In this document: in pieces, positions 17,957-27,894 of the stretch
How the letters are laid out: every line of letters begins with the position of its first letter
How positions within the stretch are numbered: the stretch's first letter is position 1
Origin: Candidatus Cloacimonadales bacterium
GTDB lineage: Bacteria > Cloacimonadota > Cloacimonadia > Cloacimonadales > JAIOQZ01
Assembly: GCA_963662655.2 (NCBI GenBank)
Contig: CAXXTU010000002.1
Span: 832,001-896,000 of the forward strand
Direction: 5' to 3'
DNA length: 64,000 bases
The notes under the pieces: model-generated
Told to the model about the DNA's origin: nothing
The model's database searches: none
Seen by the model: the letters and a program-made list of their open reading frames with translations, nothing else
Translations under genes and position numbers: made by a program

Positions 17957-19750
17957 ATGGCAAAAACCGGGTTCTTCTACGGCATCTCTCAGGAGCTATC
18001 GAGAATACGCATCGCCAGCTTGCGTTGCGTTGACGACCAGCTATACATCGATCAACTTCTTGAAGAATCGCTACCCGTCGAAGAGCATCAAGAAGAGGAA
18101 GATTCCTTCTTCAACGATTACGACTTCGGAGCTCCAGCTCCATCCGGCGATTCTCCAGCCGAATTCGAGACCCTCGATGATGATCAACAGGCAGAGATTG
18201 CCGAAGAAACCATGACCAGCCAGCATATCCTGCGAAACCTGATCGACAGCCTTTCCATGCAAGATGCGAAGATCGCCTTGAATATGGATGTGTTCAATGT
18301 GGAATACAAGATCATTCGTACCGGCAATAAGAAGGGACGCAAGAAACTTCTGGAGCAGGTTCGCCGCGCTTTCGCCGATAAGGGCGCTCCGCAGAGAGCT
18401 TTCACCTATTTCGATCAGAATGACGAAGCGATTATCGGCGTAAAGAACTCCGGGCGGCTTGAACTCCTCGAGAGATTCATAGACGCGAGCCAGGTAACTC
18501 CCCGAAAGTTCCTCCAGTACCGAAGCCTGCAAACCAATGAAATGGCCCTCATCAACGCTTTGCGCTATCACTACACGTTGGGCGACGATGAAATCAGCGC
18601 GATCTTCTATATCGGAGAGGACTACAGCCGTGTCATCCTGATGCAGGGATTTCAGTTCATCAACGCCCTTCCGATCATCAACGAAGGCGCGGAATCGGAG
18701 AACGTGGTCGTTCGCGTCCACAGTCGTTTCCTTTTGGAGCGCCAACAGAGCGCTCTACCCCACCTGGATAGAATCTTCCTTGCCGGCAGTAAAATGAGCC
18801 GCAGCAAGCTGGATTATCTACGCGAGAGTGAATCGGATATCAAGGTTGAATATCTTCTGCCGCGGGCTTTTATGCATGACGATCTCGACTTTACCGAAGA
18901 AGAGCTTTCCTCATACATTATCCCTATATCGCTTGCGACGAATATCGCCAAACCAAAGCATCCTCTCCTGATTCACTCCGATTTCCTGCCGAAGTTCATT
19001 CTGGAGCAGCAAAACGTCCTTTCGATCAGCGTTCCGGGATTCATGGTGCTACTCATTTTATTGATGGTGTCGTACTTGTTTCTCGAGAGCACCTTCTCAT
19101 CTTTGAGCGCGAATTCGGCGGTAAATCTGGAGATTGAAATGATCGAGAATCAGGTCGATATCAATCATCAGGTTCTCGATTCCCTGGCGACGATCACCCG
19201 TCAGATCGAAAAGCATGAAGCGGACATGGGATATTACCGCAAGTATATTGGCAACAGCAATCTATGGCATTACATCATGGACCGTCTGGGCGATGAATTC
19301 CAAGTGAACTCTCTCACCTGGGCTTCGAACCTGATGAAGGAGGATGGCAGAATCCGCCTTCAGGGAAGCACGACCTCACGGAACAACATCGTTCGTTTCT
19401 CCCGCATCTTTCCGGGTAGCGAGGTGAAGAAGATCGAACAGCGAGAGATCGAGGATTACACCGTTTGGGACTTCGAGATTTATTTCGATATGCCCGATCC
19501 CCTGGAATCGCAGCGAGAAGATCAGGAACTGCGCAAGAAGGCCAAGGGCACGTCCACCCCATTTGCGGAGTACGACGAAGCGGATTCGAGCAAAATCTAC
19601 GTTGTCCAGAAGGGAGATAATCCCGCAACCATCGCCAGGAAGCTTGGCGTCAGCGTTGAGCGTATCGAGCAGATCAACAACCTGAAATCCAAAGAGACGA
19701 AAGGAAAGCGTATCCTGCTCGTGTTCCCGGGGCAAAAACTCCGCTACTGA
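17957..19750 (+). CDS. PilM/PilN-like membrane protein with C-terminal LysM domain
   Basis: Degenerate actin-like N-terminal region, single TM, coiled coil, PilN-like RIRLQG segment, LysM YVVQKGDNPATIARKLGVS. Confidence 0.6.
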   Translation: MAKTGFFYGISQELSRIRIASLRCVDDQLYIDQLLEESLPVEEHQEEEDSFFNDYDFGAPAPSGDSPAEFETLDDDQQAEIAEETMTSQHILRNLIDSLSMQDAKIALNMDVFNVEYKIIRTGNKKGRKKLLEQVRRAFADKGAPQRAFTYFDQNDEAIIGVKNSGRLELLERFIDASQVTPRKFLQYRSLQTNEMALINALRYHYTLGDDEISAIFYIGEDYSRVILMQGFQFINALPIINEGAESENVVVRVHSRFLLERQQSALPHLDRIFLAGSKMSRSKLDYLRESESDIKVEYLLPRAFMHDDLDFTEEELSSYIIPISLATNIAKPKHPLLIHSDFLPKFILEQQNVLSISVPGFMVLLILLMVSYLFLESTFSSLSANSAVNLEIEMIENQVDINHQVLDSLATITRQIEKHEADMGYYRKYIGNSNLWHYIMDRLGDEFQVNSLTWASNLMKEDGRIRLQGSTTSRNNIVRFSRIFPGSEVKKIEQREIEDYTVWDFEIYFDMPDPLESQREDQELRKKAKGTSTPFAEYDEADSSKIYVVQKGDNPATIARKLGVSVERIEQINNLKSKETKGKRILLVFPGQKLRY

Positions 19751-19751
19751 G

Positions 19752-20285
19752 CTATTTGATAATCACGCTCGTCTGCAATACCATATTCTCGATGAAGTCG
19801 CGAAACAGGTTGAAGCGGACTTTGTCATCCTTTACGAGGGCTGTTTCCTGCTGCAAGCTATCCGCATTGATCCTGAATGTTGCATCATCCGCAAACACAA
19901 TCTTCGTGTAGAGGTCCGTGTTGATCGGGAAGAATATCTTCACCCCGGCGTCTTTTGCGTCCCGTTCAATCGTCAGGCGTTCGCTTTCAATTGTCACAAT
20001 CTCGTCATCCAGGCCAATTACGAGCTCCATGGGTGGTTCGATTACCTTCAATCCAGTGACATCACAGACAATATACCACATCGAGCGCACTCCTTTTTTC
20101 TCGAACTGAAGGAAGAAGCTCGTGTTCGCGTCTGCGATCGTGGGTTTTCCCGTAAAAGCGGCGTCGTTGGAGTAGTAGATTTGCACACCTCGTTCAGAAT
20201 CTTCAACGTGATGGACATCGAATTGCGTGGTTGAGCATCCTGCCAATAGGAGGATACTTGCGAGTAAGATCAAGATTGTCTTCAT
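19752..20285 (-). CDS. hypothetical lipoprotein
   Basis: Lipobox LAGC; GAGGAGG RBS. Confidence 0.75.
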   Translation of the reverse strand: MKTILILLASILLLAGCSTTQFDVHHVEDSERGVQIYYSNDAAFTGKPTIADANTSFFLQFEKKGVRSMWYIVCDVTGLKVIEPPMELVIGLDDEIVTIESERLTIERDAKDAGVKIFFPINTDLYTKIVFADDATFRINADSLQQETALVKDDKVRFNLFRDFIENMVLQTSVIIK

Positions 20286-20351
20286 AATTGCCTCCTCGCG
20301 ATGAATTGGATGCATTTTTTATGCCTTTCATTCTGCTGAGCAATGTGCGAT

Positions 20352-20476
20352 GTTCGTGGAATCTTCGCCCAATCCCCTTACCGACGTATATATACCACAC
20401 CATAGGACTATCGAGCGCAATAAAATGGTGTGAAACAATACGTCGGTAAGGGGATTGAACGAATCTTCTCACGAAC
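20352..20476 (-). repeat. copy B of ~125-nt structured hairpin repeat family
   Basis: Perfect 20-bp IR at 20370-20389/20438-20457 plus inner and outer stems; aligns with 2890-3015. Confidence 0.88.
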
Positions 20477-20514
20477 CGAGAATATTTCGGGCTGGACGGG
20501 GTCGATGAAGTGAA

Positions 20515-21558
20515 TTAGAGAAGGATATTCAGTATTCCCGCGTTATCAGTCGTTTCGCCTATGATGGCGGCGACTTCGCAGGTATCCTGTAGGATTTGGA
20601 GTAGCTTGTCGGATTTTGCTTTCGGCACAGAAAGAAGCAGACCGCCCGAGGTTTGGGGATCGAAAAGGATATCGAGAATCCACTGCGGGATCGCATTGCC
20701 GTTTGTCATGTGATTCATCCGGTAGCTGATATTGCCTTTGGTTCCGCCGGGCACCAGCTTCATTTTAGCCATTTCGATCGTCTTCGGATACAGTGGAATC
20801 TCTTCGAAGAAAAGATCGATCCCGGTGCAGGTGTTCTGGATCATCTCGCAGATATGACCGGCCAGACCGAAGCCCGTGATATCGGTGCAAGCTGTGACGG
20901 GGAAGTTTGCGAGCGCTTCCGCGGCCGCTTTGTTCAGCGTGGCCATGGAATCGGTAACGATCCTGATTAAATCTTCCGATGCTTTCCCTTGCCGGATGGC
21001 GGTGTTCACGATTCCATTTCCGATAGGCTTGGTGAGAATCAGGTGCTCGCCCGGTGAAGGCGTGTTGTTGAGCAGTATCTTCTTCGGATCGATCAGGCCC
21101 GTCACCGCCAGGCCGTATTTGACGCTGTCGTCTTTGATGCTGTGACCGCCCAGCAGAGCGCACTTCGCTTCTCTCAGTTTGCTCATGCCGCCTTCGGCAA
21201 TCGATTTGAGAACGGAGACGTCGAGCTTGTGTAGCGGAAAGCAGACGATGCTGAGCGCGGTAATGGGCTTCCCTCCCATCGCGTAGACGTCGGAGAGAGA
21301 ATTTGCGGCAGCGATCTGCCCGAATGCGTATGGATCATCGACAACCGGCGGGAAGAAATCAACCGTCTGGACCAGCGCCTGGCGATCGGAGATTTTGAAC
21401 ACACCCGCGTCCTCGCTATGCCGATAATCGACAAGCAGTTCCGCGTATTGCGGCTGGGTCAGATCCCCCAGGGATTCGGTTAAGACACACGGTCCTAACT
21501 TGGCAGCGCAACCGGAATACTCGGAGTACTGCGTCAAACGGATTTTTTCTGCTTCCAT
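20515..21558 (-). CDS. selD: selenide, water dikinase (selenophosphate synthetase), Cys form
   Basis: RLTQYS..SGCAAKL, QTVDFFPPVVDDP, ANSLSDVYAMGG and DPQTSGGLL motifs. Confidence 0.95.
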   Translation of the reverse strand: MEAEKIRLTQYSEYSGCAAKLGPCVLTESLGDLTQPQYAELLVDYRHSEDAGVFKISDRQALVQTVDFFPPVVDDPYAFGQIAAANSLSDVYAMGGKPITALSIVCFPLHKLDVSVLKSIAEGGMSKLREAKCALLGGHSIKDDSVKYGLAVTGLIDPKKILLNNTPSPGEHLILTKPIGNGIVNTAIRQGKASEDLIRIVTDSMATLNKAAAEALANFPVTACTDITGFGLAGHICEMIQNTCTGIDLFFEEIPLYPKTIEMAKMKLVPGGTKGNISYRMNHMTNGNAIPQWILDILFDPQTSGGLLLSVPKAKSDKLLQILQDTCEVAAIIGETTDNAGILNILL

Positions 21559-21804
21559 AATTGCTGATTGCAATCAATTTCTTTCTTCCGGAGATTTCTT
21601 GTAAAGCTTTTTATATGTAAAACTCAAGCTTTCATTGCTGAACCAAGATCAAGCGATAATATAAATTACGAATAATATTCGGTGCGGTAAATCTCTTGAC
21701 AATATCCATTTTCAGTGCTAATATTTAAATTGTAGAAATTGCGTATGTCAAAATACATTCACAACCAGTATAAGAGATTGAAAACAATAAATAAGTGAGG
21801 CATT

Positions 21805-24800
21805 ATGAAGTATGTTCTATCCGTTTTACTTATTGCATTTGCGGTGGCTATTGCCGCCCAGACAGCGGATTTTTACGCTGATGTCACGACTGTTGGCGCG
21901 CGGGAATACGTTACGTTCATTTCCGTATGTGATCCGATTCCTTCGTTGTACCTATGGAATTTTGGAGACGGATACGGTGATGGACAAAGCAATCCGGCCC
22001 ATATTTACCAATCGGGCGGGCTTTACACCGTTACGCTGACGGCAGTGTGGTGGACGCATGGAAGTCAGACTGTCGAAAAGCAGAACTACATCAATGTTCT
22101 GGAAGCAGATTTCTCCGTCGCTCAGCAGTCAGGCAACGCACCATTCAGTGCATCGTTTTACGATAACTCGTTAGGTCGCTACAGCACCGCGATATGGGAT
22201 TTTGGCGACGAAACCGATCCTGTGGTCATCGGCCCCGCGACGCAGGTTTTTCATCGGTACGAAACCGGCGGAGATTACGATGTGACATTGACGATCTCCG
22301 ATAGCACCGGCGTGCAGCACTCCAAGACGATAACGGATGCCATCCACGTGAATGACGACCTATCCGTCGATTTCCAGGCAGATATTACGACCGGTCCCGC
22401 CCCGCTGAACGTTCATTTCTATTCTGAGGTGACGGGCAATATCCAGTCCTACGAGTGGGATTTCGGGGACGAGTCGGGACCGAGCTACGATGCAGACCCC
22501 TTCCACACGTACACGACGAATGGCATCTACACCGTCTCGCTGACGGTTTCCGACGGTTCGGACGAGGCAACGGCCACCCACCAGGACTACATCGTCGTCG
22601 GAACGGTGGTTGATACCTCACAGCCCATCGATAATGCCTTGTGGGACTTCCAGTCCAGCCCGTTCATTGTTAACGACAATTTACAGATTGGCCAGGGAGG
22701 GCAACTCGTGATCGAGCCAGACGTTGTCGTCTGCTTCCGTGAAGGCTTCGTTCTCCAGAACAATGGTAATCTTGAGGCGCAAGGCGCAACGTTTCGAGGG
22801 ATCGAATCCGGAAGCTGGGGTGGCCTCATCTATAGCTCGGGATCTGGCGGAACGCTGAGTTACAGCGAGATTCTCAACGCCACGAACGGTATATCGATCC
22901 TGCGAAGCGGCCGTGACAATCCGAGAACCCCTACGCTTTCAAACATCCGCATCAAGACGTCGGACTCCGCCACCAGACCTGCAGGAACCGGCCTCTCGGT
23001 GGAGGGCGATTTCTCAGGGACTCTCGATGGCATAACCATCGAGAACTACGCCTTCGGTATCGATATCGACAATACACAGGCAACCTCGACGCCCACGCTG
23101 AGCAACATCCGAGTGAAGCAGAGCGATTCGGCAACCAGGACTTACGAAGACGCGATCAACATCACGGGTAACTGCGATCCCGTTCTGCAGAACATCAATA
23201 TCGAGAATTACAACATCGGTATCGTGATCGACGACACGGGCAGCGATCCACTCTCGACGCCCACTCTTTCGAACATTCGCATCAAGACTTCCGACTCGGC
23301 GACGAGAAGCGTCACCCAGGCGATCCTGCTGATGAACGCGACGGATGTTCAGATCGGCGGTACGACCGCCAACGATTCCATCATCATCGAAGGCTATCCC
23401 ATGGGAATCGAAATCTATCAATCCTTTCTGCGGAGCAGATCGACCCCTACCCTATCCAATATCCGCATCAAGCAAAGCGATTCTGCGACACGAATCGACA
23501 CTTCAGCGATCCTGATTCACGGCCCGGTCGATGCGCATATCGAAGGCGTGATCATCGACGGTTTCATGACGGGTATCGATTATTATCAGACAGGTGATGT
23601 CCGGGATACGCCAACGCTATCCAATATCCGCATCAAGCAGAGCGATTCTGCGACCCGGTCGCAAAAAACAGGCATCAGGGTCGACAATATCGAATCCATC
23701 ATTATCGGTGGTGAAGCTGTTTCCGACTCGGTCATCATCGAGAACTGCGATATCGGAATATCGGTGTTCTCCAACCGTGGCAGAAGCAGGGCCACGCCGA
23801 CGTTGAGCAACATCCGTATAAAAACCAGCGACTCGGCCACGCGTGAATCGACAAGCGGATTCAATTTCAACGGATCCGTCGTCGCGAACCTGAAGAACGC
23901 GATCATCGAAGGTTGCCAGTACGGTATCTTCTACGATATGAGTCCAGCGCTGCGGGACCGCTCCACGCCGACTCTTTCCAACATCCGCATCAAGCAGAGC
24001 GATTCGGCGACAAGAGAGCTCAATACGGGTATCTTCCTTCAGAACGTAGACGCAATCATTGTGGGCGATTCCACGCATGCGGCGGATATCGTGATCGAAG
24101 GCTACCAGACCGGTGTTAGAGTAACTGCCCCTGATCGGGAAATCTCGACCCCCACGCTGTCCAACATCCGCATCAAGCAGAGCGACTCGGCCACACGGGG
24201 AATTGGCGATGGCGTACACTTCACCGACGGTGCGACCGGCGTGATCCGGAATTGCAAGATCGAAAACTTCGCTAACGCGATTCTCCTTGATAACTGCGGG
24301 GCTGTCTCCGCCTATGGAAACACACTCAACAACAACGATACGGGCTTGAGAGCGAATGTTTCAGCGAGTCCGTTGAAGATTCATCACAACACAATCTATC
24401 TCGATCCGGGATTCGCACATGACCTGAACGGCAACTCGGGTATCATGCTCGATACCGTTTCCGACGCGATGGTCAACAATAACACAATCTACGGATACGA
24501 CATCGGTACTTCGGCGAATTATTCGAATGCGATTTGGAGCATGAACATCGTATGGAGCGACGATCAATATGATCAGGCGATCAACAACATGGACGCCACC
24601 TCGACCGTGCAGGCTCGCTACAACAACATGCTCAATTACTCCGACGGCACAGGCAACATCGACCTGAATCCAAGATTCATCGACGCGCCGACGGGTAACT
24701 TCACTCTCAGGGCAAACAGCCCATGTATCAACGCCGGTGATCCCGACTTCAACAACAACGGCTCCGACTGGACCGTTGACCCGATGGATCAAGATCCCGA

Positions 24801-26295
24801 CGGCACGCAAATGGATATCGGAGCATTCTGCTACGACGCAAACAACGCGACCATTCCGGGCCAACCGGATAATGGACTGCCCACGGGCAACAACGTTTCC
24901 GTGAGCTTCCCTTCAGTCTTCTGGTCGGACGACATGGATGTGTTCCGGTGGTCGATCCATCTGGACATCACTCCTGACTATAGCTCTCCGGGAGCTATCG
25001 TCAATACAAACCTGATGGACAACCAGTATGATATTCCGACCGATTATCTGCTGTACGATACACAGTATTGGGTAACGATCAGCCCACGCAACATTCGCGA
25101 CGAAGTCGGTCCACCGCTCGAGTGGAGTTTCACGACCCAGCAGCCGGAAGGAAGCCCCAATCACGATAACGGTACTGGTCTCGCCGGAGAGGTGATTGAT
25201 TCGGGTGGATGGTCGGGCGGATTCTACGAGATGGACATACCACAGGTTGGCGATATCCAATTCCCGTCTGTGACGATGCAACCTAATGCAACCCCGTCCG
25301 GGCAAGTTGTGCTCATCATTGAGTTGGGCATCAAGGGCGGTGAAGAAGGAAGCGAACAGCGACTCGAATACGAGGCGTTCATCGGCAAGATGGCATCCGT
25401 GGAAACCCTGGACGATCTGGAAATGGCCTTGCGCATCAGCTGTACGGATCAAAGCGTCTATAACGGGAACATAACACTCACGCTGTCCGGCTACCCATAC
25501 GATATTCAGTACATCTACTACTCGCTGGGCGGAGGAACCTGGATTCCGATTCCCGCCTGGACAGATGGCGCTCCTACCCCGTACTTTATCTTCGACGGCA
25601 CGAACGTCGTGATCACCGGCTTGAATACAGGGCGTGCCGACGGAGACCTCGATCTGGGGTTCGGAAGCGAGGACTTCACCCTGCCCGTGACCCTCTCCTC
25701 GTTCACGGCCACGACAACATCGGCGGGATTCGTGCAGATCAACTGGATCACGCAATCCGAGGAAGATTTGCTCGGATACAACGTTTACCGCAACGAGGTA
25801 TCGCAATTGAACGACGCAACGCTCATTTCCATTCCGATGATCGACGCGACGAATACCGGGAACGAGAGCATCTACGAATATCCGGACTACGATGTTGAAG
25901 TGGAGCACACCTACTTCTACTGGCTTCAAATCATGGAACTCACTGGACATAGCCAGTTCTGCGGTCCGGTCTCGGTTACCGTTACCGATCCCGGAGACGA
26001 ACCTCCAGCGCCGGTCTTCATCACTGAACTTTCTGGAAACTACCCGAATCCGTTCAATCCGACAACCTTGATCAAGTACTCCGTCGCGGAGCAGTGCGAT
26101 GTGGAAATCGCGATCTACAACATCAAGGGCCAGAAGGTGCGGACGTATAAAAACGATGGCTGCCCCGAAGGCGAACATTCGATCGAATGGCACGGAGACG
26201 ACGATACAGGTAAGTCGGTGGCTTCCGGTATCTATTTCATCAAGATGGAAACGGAGAACTACAAGAAGATCGTTAAAGCGATGATGATCAAGTAG
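21805..26295 (+). CDS. large secreted protein: 3 PKD domains, beta-helix-like region with 8 near-invariant 17-aa repeats, FlgD-like C-terminal domain
   Basis: Signal peptide, W(N/D)FGD PKD motifs, SPCINAGDP..DIGA cap, LPVTLSSF, NYPNPFNPTT. Confidence 0.85.
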   Translation: MKYVLSVLLIAFAVAIAAQTADFYADVTTVGAREYVTFISVCDPIPSLYLWNFGDGYGDGQSNPAHIYQSGGLYTVTLTAVWWTHGSQTVEKQNYINVLEADFSVAQQSGNAPFSASFYDNSLGRYSTAIWDFGDETDPVVIGPATQVFHRYETGGDYDVTLTISDSTGVQHSKTITDAIHVNDDLSVDFQADITTGPAPLNVHFYSEVTGNIQSYEWDFGDESGPSYDADPFHTYTTNGIYTVSLTVSDGSDEATATHQDYIVVGTVVDTSQPIDNALWDFQSSPFIVNDNLQIGQGGQLVIEPDVVVCFREGFVLQNNGNLEAQGATFRGIESGSWGGLIYSSGSGGTLSYSEILNATNGISILRSGRDNPRTPTLSNIRIKTSDSATRPAGTGLSVEGDFSGTLDGITIENYAFGIDIDNTQATSTPTLSNIRVKQSDSATRTYEDAINITGNCDPVLQNINIENYNIGIVIDDTGSDPLSTPTLSNIRIKTSDSATRSVTQAILLMNATDVQIGGTTANDSIIIEGYPMGIEIYQSFLRSRSTPTLSNIRIKQSDSATRIDTSAILIHGPVDAHIEGVIIDGFMTGIDYYQTGDVRDTPTLSNIRIKQSDSATRSQKTGIRVDNIESIIIGGEAVSDSVIIENCDIGISVFSNRGRSRATPTLSNIRIKTSDSATRESTSGFNFNGSVVANLKNAIIEGCQYGIFYDMSPALRDRSTPTLSNIRIKQSDSATRELNTGIFLQNVDAIIVGDSTHAADIVIEGYQTGVRVTAPDREISTPTLSNIRIKQSDSATRGIGDGVHFTDGATGVIRNCKIENFANAILLDNCGAVSAYGNTLNNNDTGLRANVSASPLKIHHNTIYLDPGFAHDLNGNSGIMLDTVSDAMVNNNTIYGYDIGTSANYSNAIWSMNIVWSDDQYDQAINNMDATSTVQARYNNMLNYSDGTGNIDLNPRFIDAPTGNFTLRANSPCINAGDPDFNNNGSDWTVDPMDQDPDGTQMDIGAFCYDANNATIPGQPDNGLPTGNNVSVSFPSVFWSDDMDVFRWSIHLDITPDYSSPGAIVNTNLMDNQYDIPTDYLLYDTQYWVTISPRNIRDEVGPPLEWSFTTQQPEGSPNHDNGTGLAGEVIDSGGWSGGFYEMDIPQVGDIQFPSVTMQPNATPSGQVVLIIELGIKGGEEGSEQRLEYEAFIGKMASVETLDDLEMALRISCTDQSVYNGNITLTLSGYPYDIQYIYYSLGGGTWIPIPAWTDGAPTPYFIFDGTNVVITGLNTGRADGDLDLGFGSEDFTLPVTLSSFTATTTSAGFVQINWITQSEEDLLGYNVYRNEVSQLNDATLISIPMIDATNTGNESIYEYPDYDVEVEHTYFYWLQIMELTGHSQFCGPVSVTVTDPGDEPPAPVFITELSGNYPNPFNPTTLIKYSVAEQCDVEIAIYNIKGQKVRTYKNDGCPEGEHSIEWHGDDDTGKSVASGIYFIKMETENYKKIVKAMMIK
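22927..24198 (+). repeat. intragenic peptide repeat array TPTLSNIR(I/V)K(Q/T)SDSATR x8
   Basis: Eight copies roughly 54-66 codons apart; heavy synonymous divergence. Confidence 0.95.
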
Positions 26296-26315
26296 ATAGC
26301 CGATGTGTAACAATG

Positions 26316-26350
26316 AAGCGATCATTTTTGTCAAAAATGATCGCTTTTTT
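26316..26350 (+). terminator. intrinsic terminator
   Basis: aagcgatcattttt/aaaaatgatcgctt hairpin plus T-run. Confidence 0.85.
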
Positions 26351-26507
26351 ACTTTGCATTGAGCTTTATTTGTATATATTATTATTAATCATGTGAGTGC
26401 AACACTACCGGGCCAGAATCAGATATCCATCTAACTTGTTATGTACCGTTCGTTGATATCGGGTATAATATTTCTGGATAATATAGAATATTGTAATAGG
26501 GAAAAAA

Positions 26508-27524
26508 ATGAAACTTGTAAACAGTGATTCCACGATGTCCGATCAAAGTGTGACTAATGATTATTCTCAGGAACTGCAAGAATTTGTACTGAAACAGAAG
26601 AAAAAAGCCTACACGAAAGTATCCATGACGAAAGCGAGGATGGTCAAGAAAGTTCCCCTGTACTATCGAATCAGCGATACCGAATGGGAGATATACAAAC
26701 AACCCGAAATATCCATCAGTGAAATGCGAGTGGATCAGAATCGGCTCCCCGAACTTTACATTCTTACGCGCGATAAAGCCGAAGCAGCGCAGGAAGCCCA
26801 GGCAATCGTTAATCAACACATTCAGGCGAAACTCAAGGAAGGCGATGTCGAATCCGTTCGGGAAGGATTGGTCGTTATTGCGGACGAGCTTCTCGATGAA
26901 CCTCGAAGCGGCACATACAAGGAGGCTGAGAAGTCGGTAATCCTGGTAATGCGTGCCTTTTCGAGAAAGCAAGATATCCTCGGGCAGATCATATCCATCA
27001 GTTGCAAAGACTATACGACAGCGCTTCACTCCGTAAATGTAATGGCCCTGATGCTGGGATTCTGTAACTTCGTCGGGTACAACTGGCAGAAAACGATCCA
27101 ATTCTCGATGGCCGCCTTGCTGCATGATGTCGGAAAGACGTTGATCCCCAAGAAGATTCTTGCCGCGCCGCGGAAACTCACCAATGAGGAATTCAATGCG
27201 ATCAAGCGGCACCCGTGCCTCGGGGCGCAAATCCTGATGAACAATGGTATAACGGATCAGCGAGTAGTTCAGGCGGCAACCGAGCATCATGAGAAGGTCA
27301 ACGGCACGGGATACCCCAAGAGCATCAAAGACGTTTCACTTGTAGGACAGCTCGTAGGTATTATCGACATATACGAAGCGCTAACCAACAACGACCGGCC
27401 CTATCGCAGAGCGATGCCGCCCAAGGATGCATTGAGAATTCTGGTTGAAGAAAGCAATAAGGGGGCATTTGTTTACGGGCTTGTCGATCGATTCATCGAG
27501 AGTTTGTGCGATCCGAGAATGTGA
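26508..27524 (+). CDS. HD-GYP domain cyclic-dinucleotide phosphodiesterase
   Basis: HSVNV, LLHDVGK, HHEKVNGTGYP and RPYR motifs. Confidence 0.92.
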   Translation: MKLVNSDSTMSDQSVTNDYSQELQEFVLKQKKKAYTKVSMTKARMVKKVPLYYRISDTEWEIYKQPEISISEMRVDQNRLPELYILTRDKAEAAQEAQAIVNQHIQAKLKEGDVESVREGLVVIADELLDEPRSGTYKEAEKSVILVMRAFSRKQDILGQIISISCKDYTTALHSVNVMALMLGFCNFVGYNWQKTIQFSMAALLHDVGKTLIPKKILAAPRKLTNEEFNAIKRHPCLGAQILMNNGITDQRVVQAATEHHEKVNGTGYPKSIKDVSLVGQLVGIIDIYEALTNNDRPYRRAMPPKDALRILVEESNKGAFVYGLVDRFIESLCDPRM

Positions 27525-27528
27525 TCCG

Positions 27529-27894
27529 CTACTCGATCGGCAGTTCATCCTCGCTTCGCCAGGGTGGAGATACGACGCAGTAGAATGAAAGCGTCTCCCC
27601 GGAGGTGTTCTCGATCCACTGCTTCTCACCTGCGGGAATAAAGACGATATGCCCTTTCCCCACTTCCCGAGATTCATCTCCCACGTGCACGGTTCCATGT
27701 CCCTGCATGATCAGATACAATTCCGACGACGTCCTGAGCGCATGCGGTTCGGAGGCCTTCCCTGGCTCGAGCGAAGCCAGCGCGATGCTATAGCTTGTAT
27801 CCAGACCGGTGTGATTCGGATGAAAGACTTCCCGAATCAGGGTTTGATCGAATGCGACATAGGCCTTGGGGTCGTCGATATGGAATACCTTCAC
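27529..27894 (-). CDS. cupin domain protein
   Basis: PHALRTSSELYLIMQGHG..VFIPAGE cupin pattern. Confidence 0.85.
   Translation of the reverse strand: MKVFHIDDPKAYVAFDQTLIREVFHPNHTGLDTSYSIALASLEPGKASEPHALRTSSELYLIMQGHGTVHVGDESREVGKGHIVFIPAGEKQWIENTSGETLSFYCVVSPPWRSEDELPIE

Noticed and set aside
20352..20476. Hairpin after selD as a SECIS-like element
   Set aside because: selD has Cys rather than UGA, and sister copies follow unrelated genes
22927..24198. CRISPR or DGR-type nucleotide repeat
   Set aside because: Conservation is at the amino-acid level only; no adenine-specific variation and no reverse transcriptase
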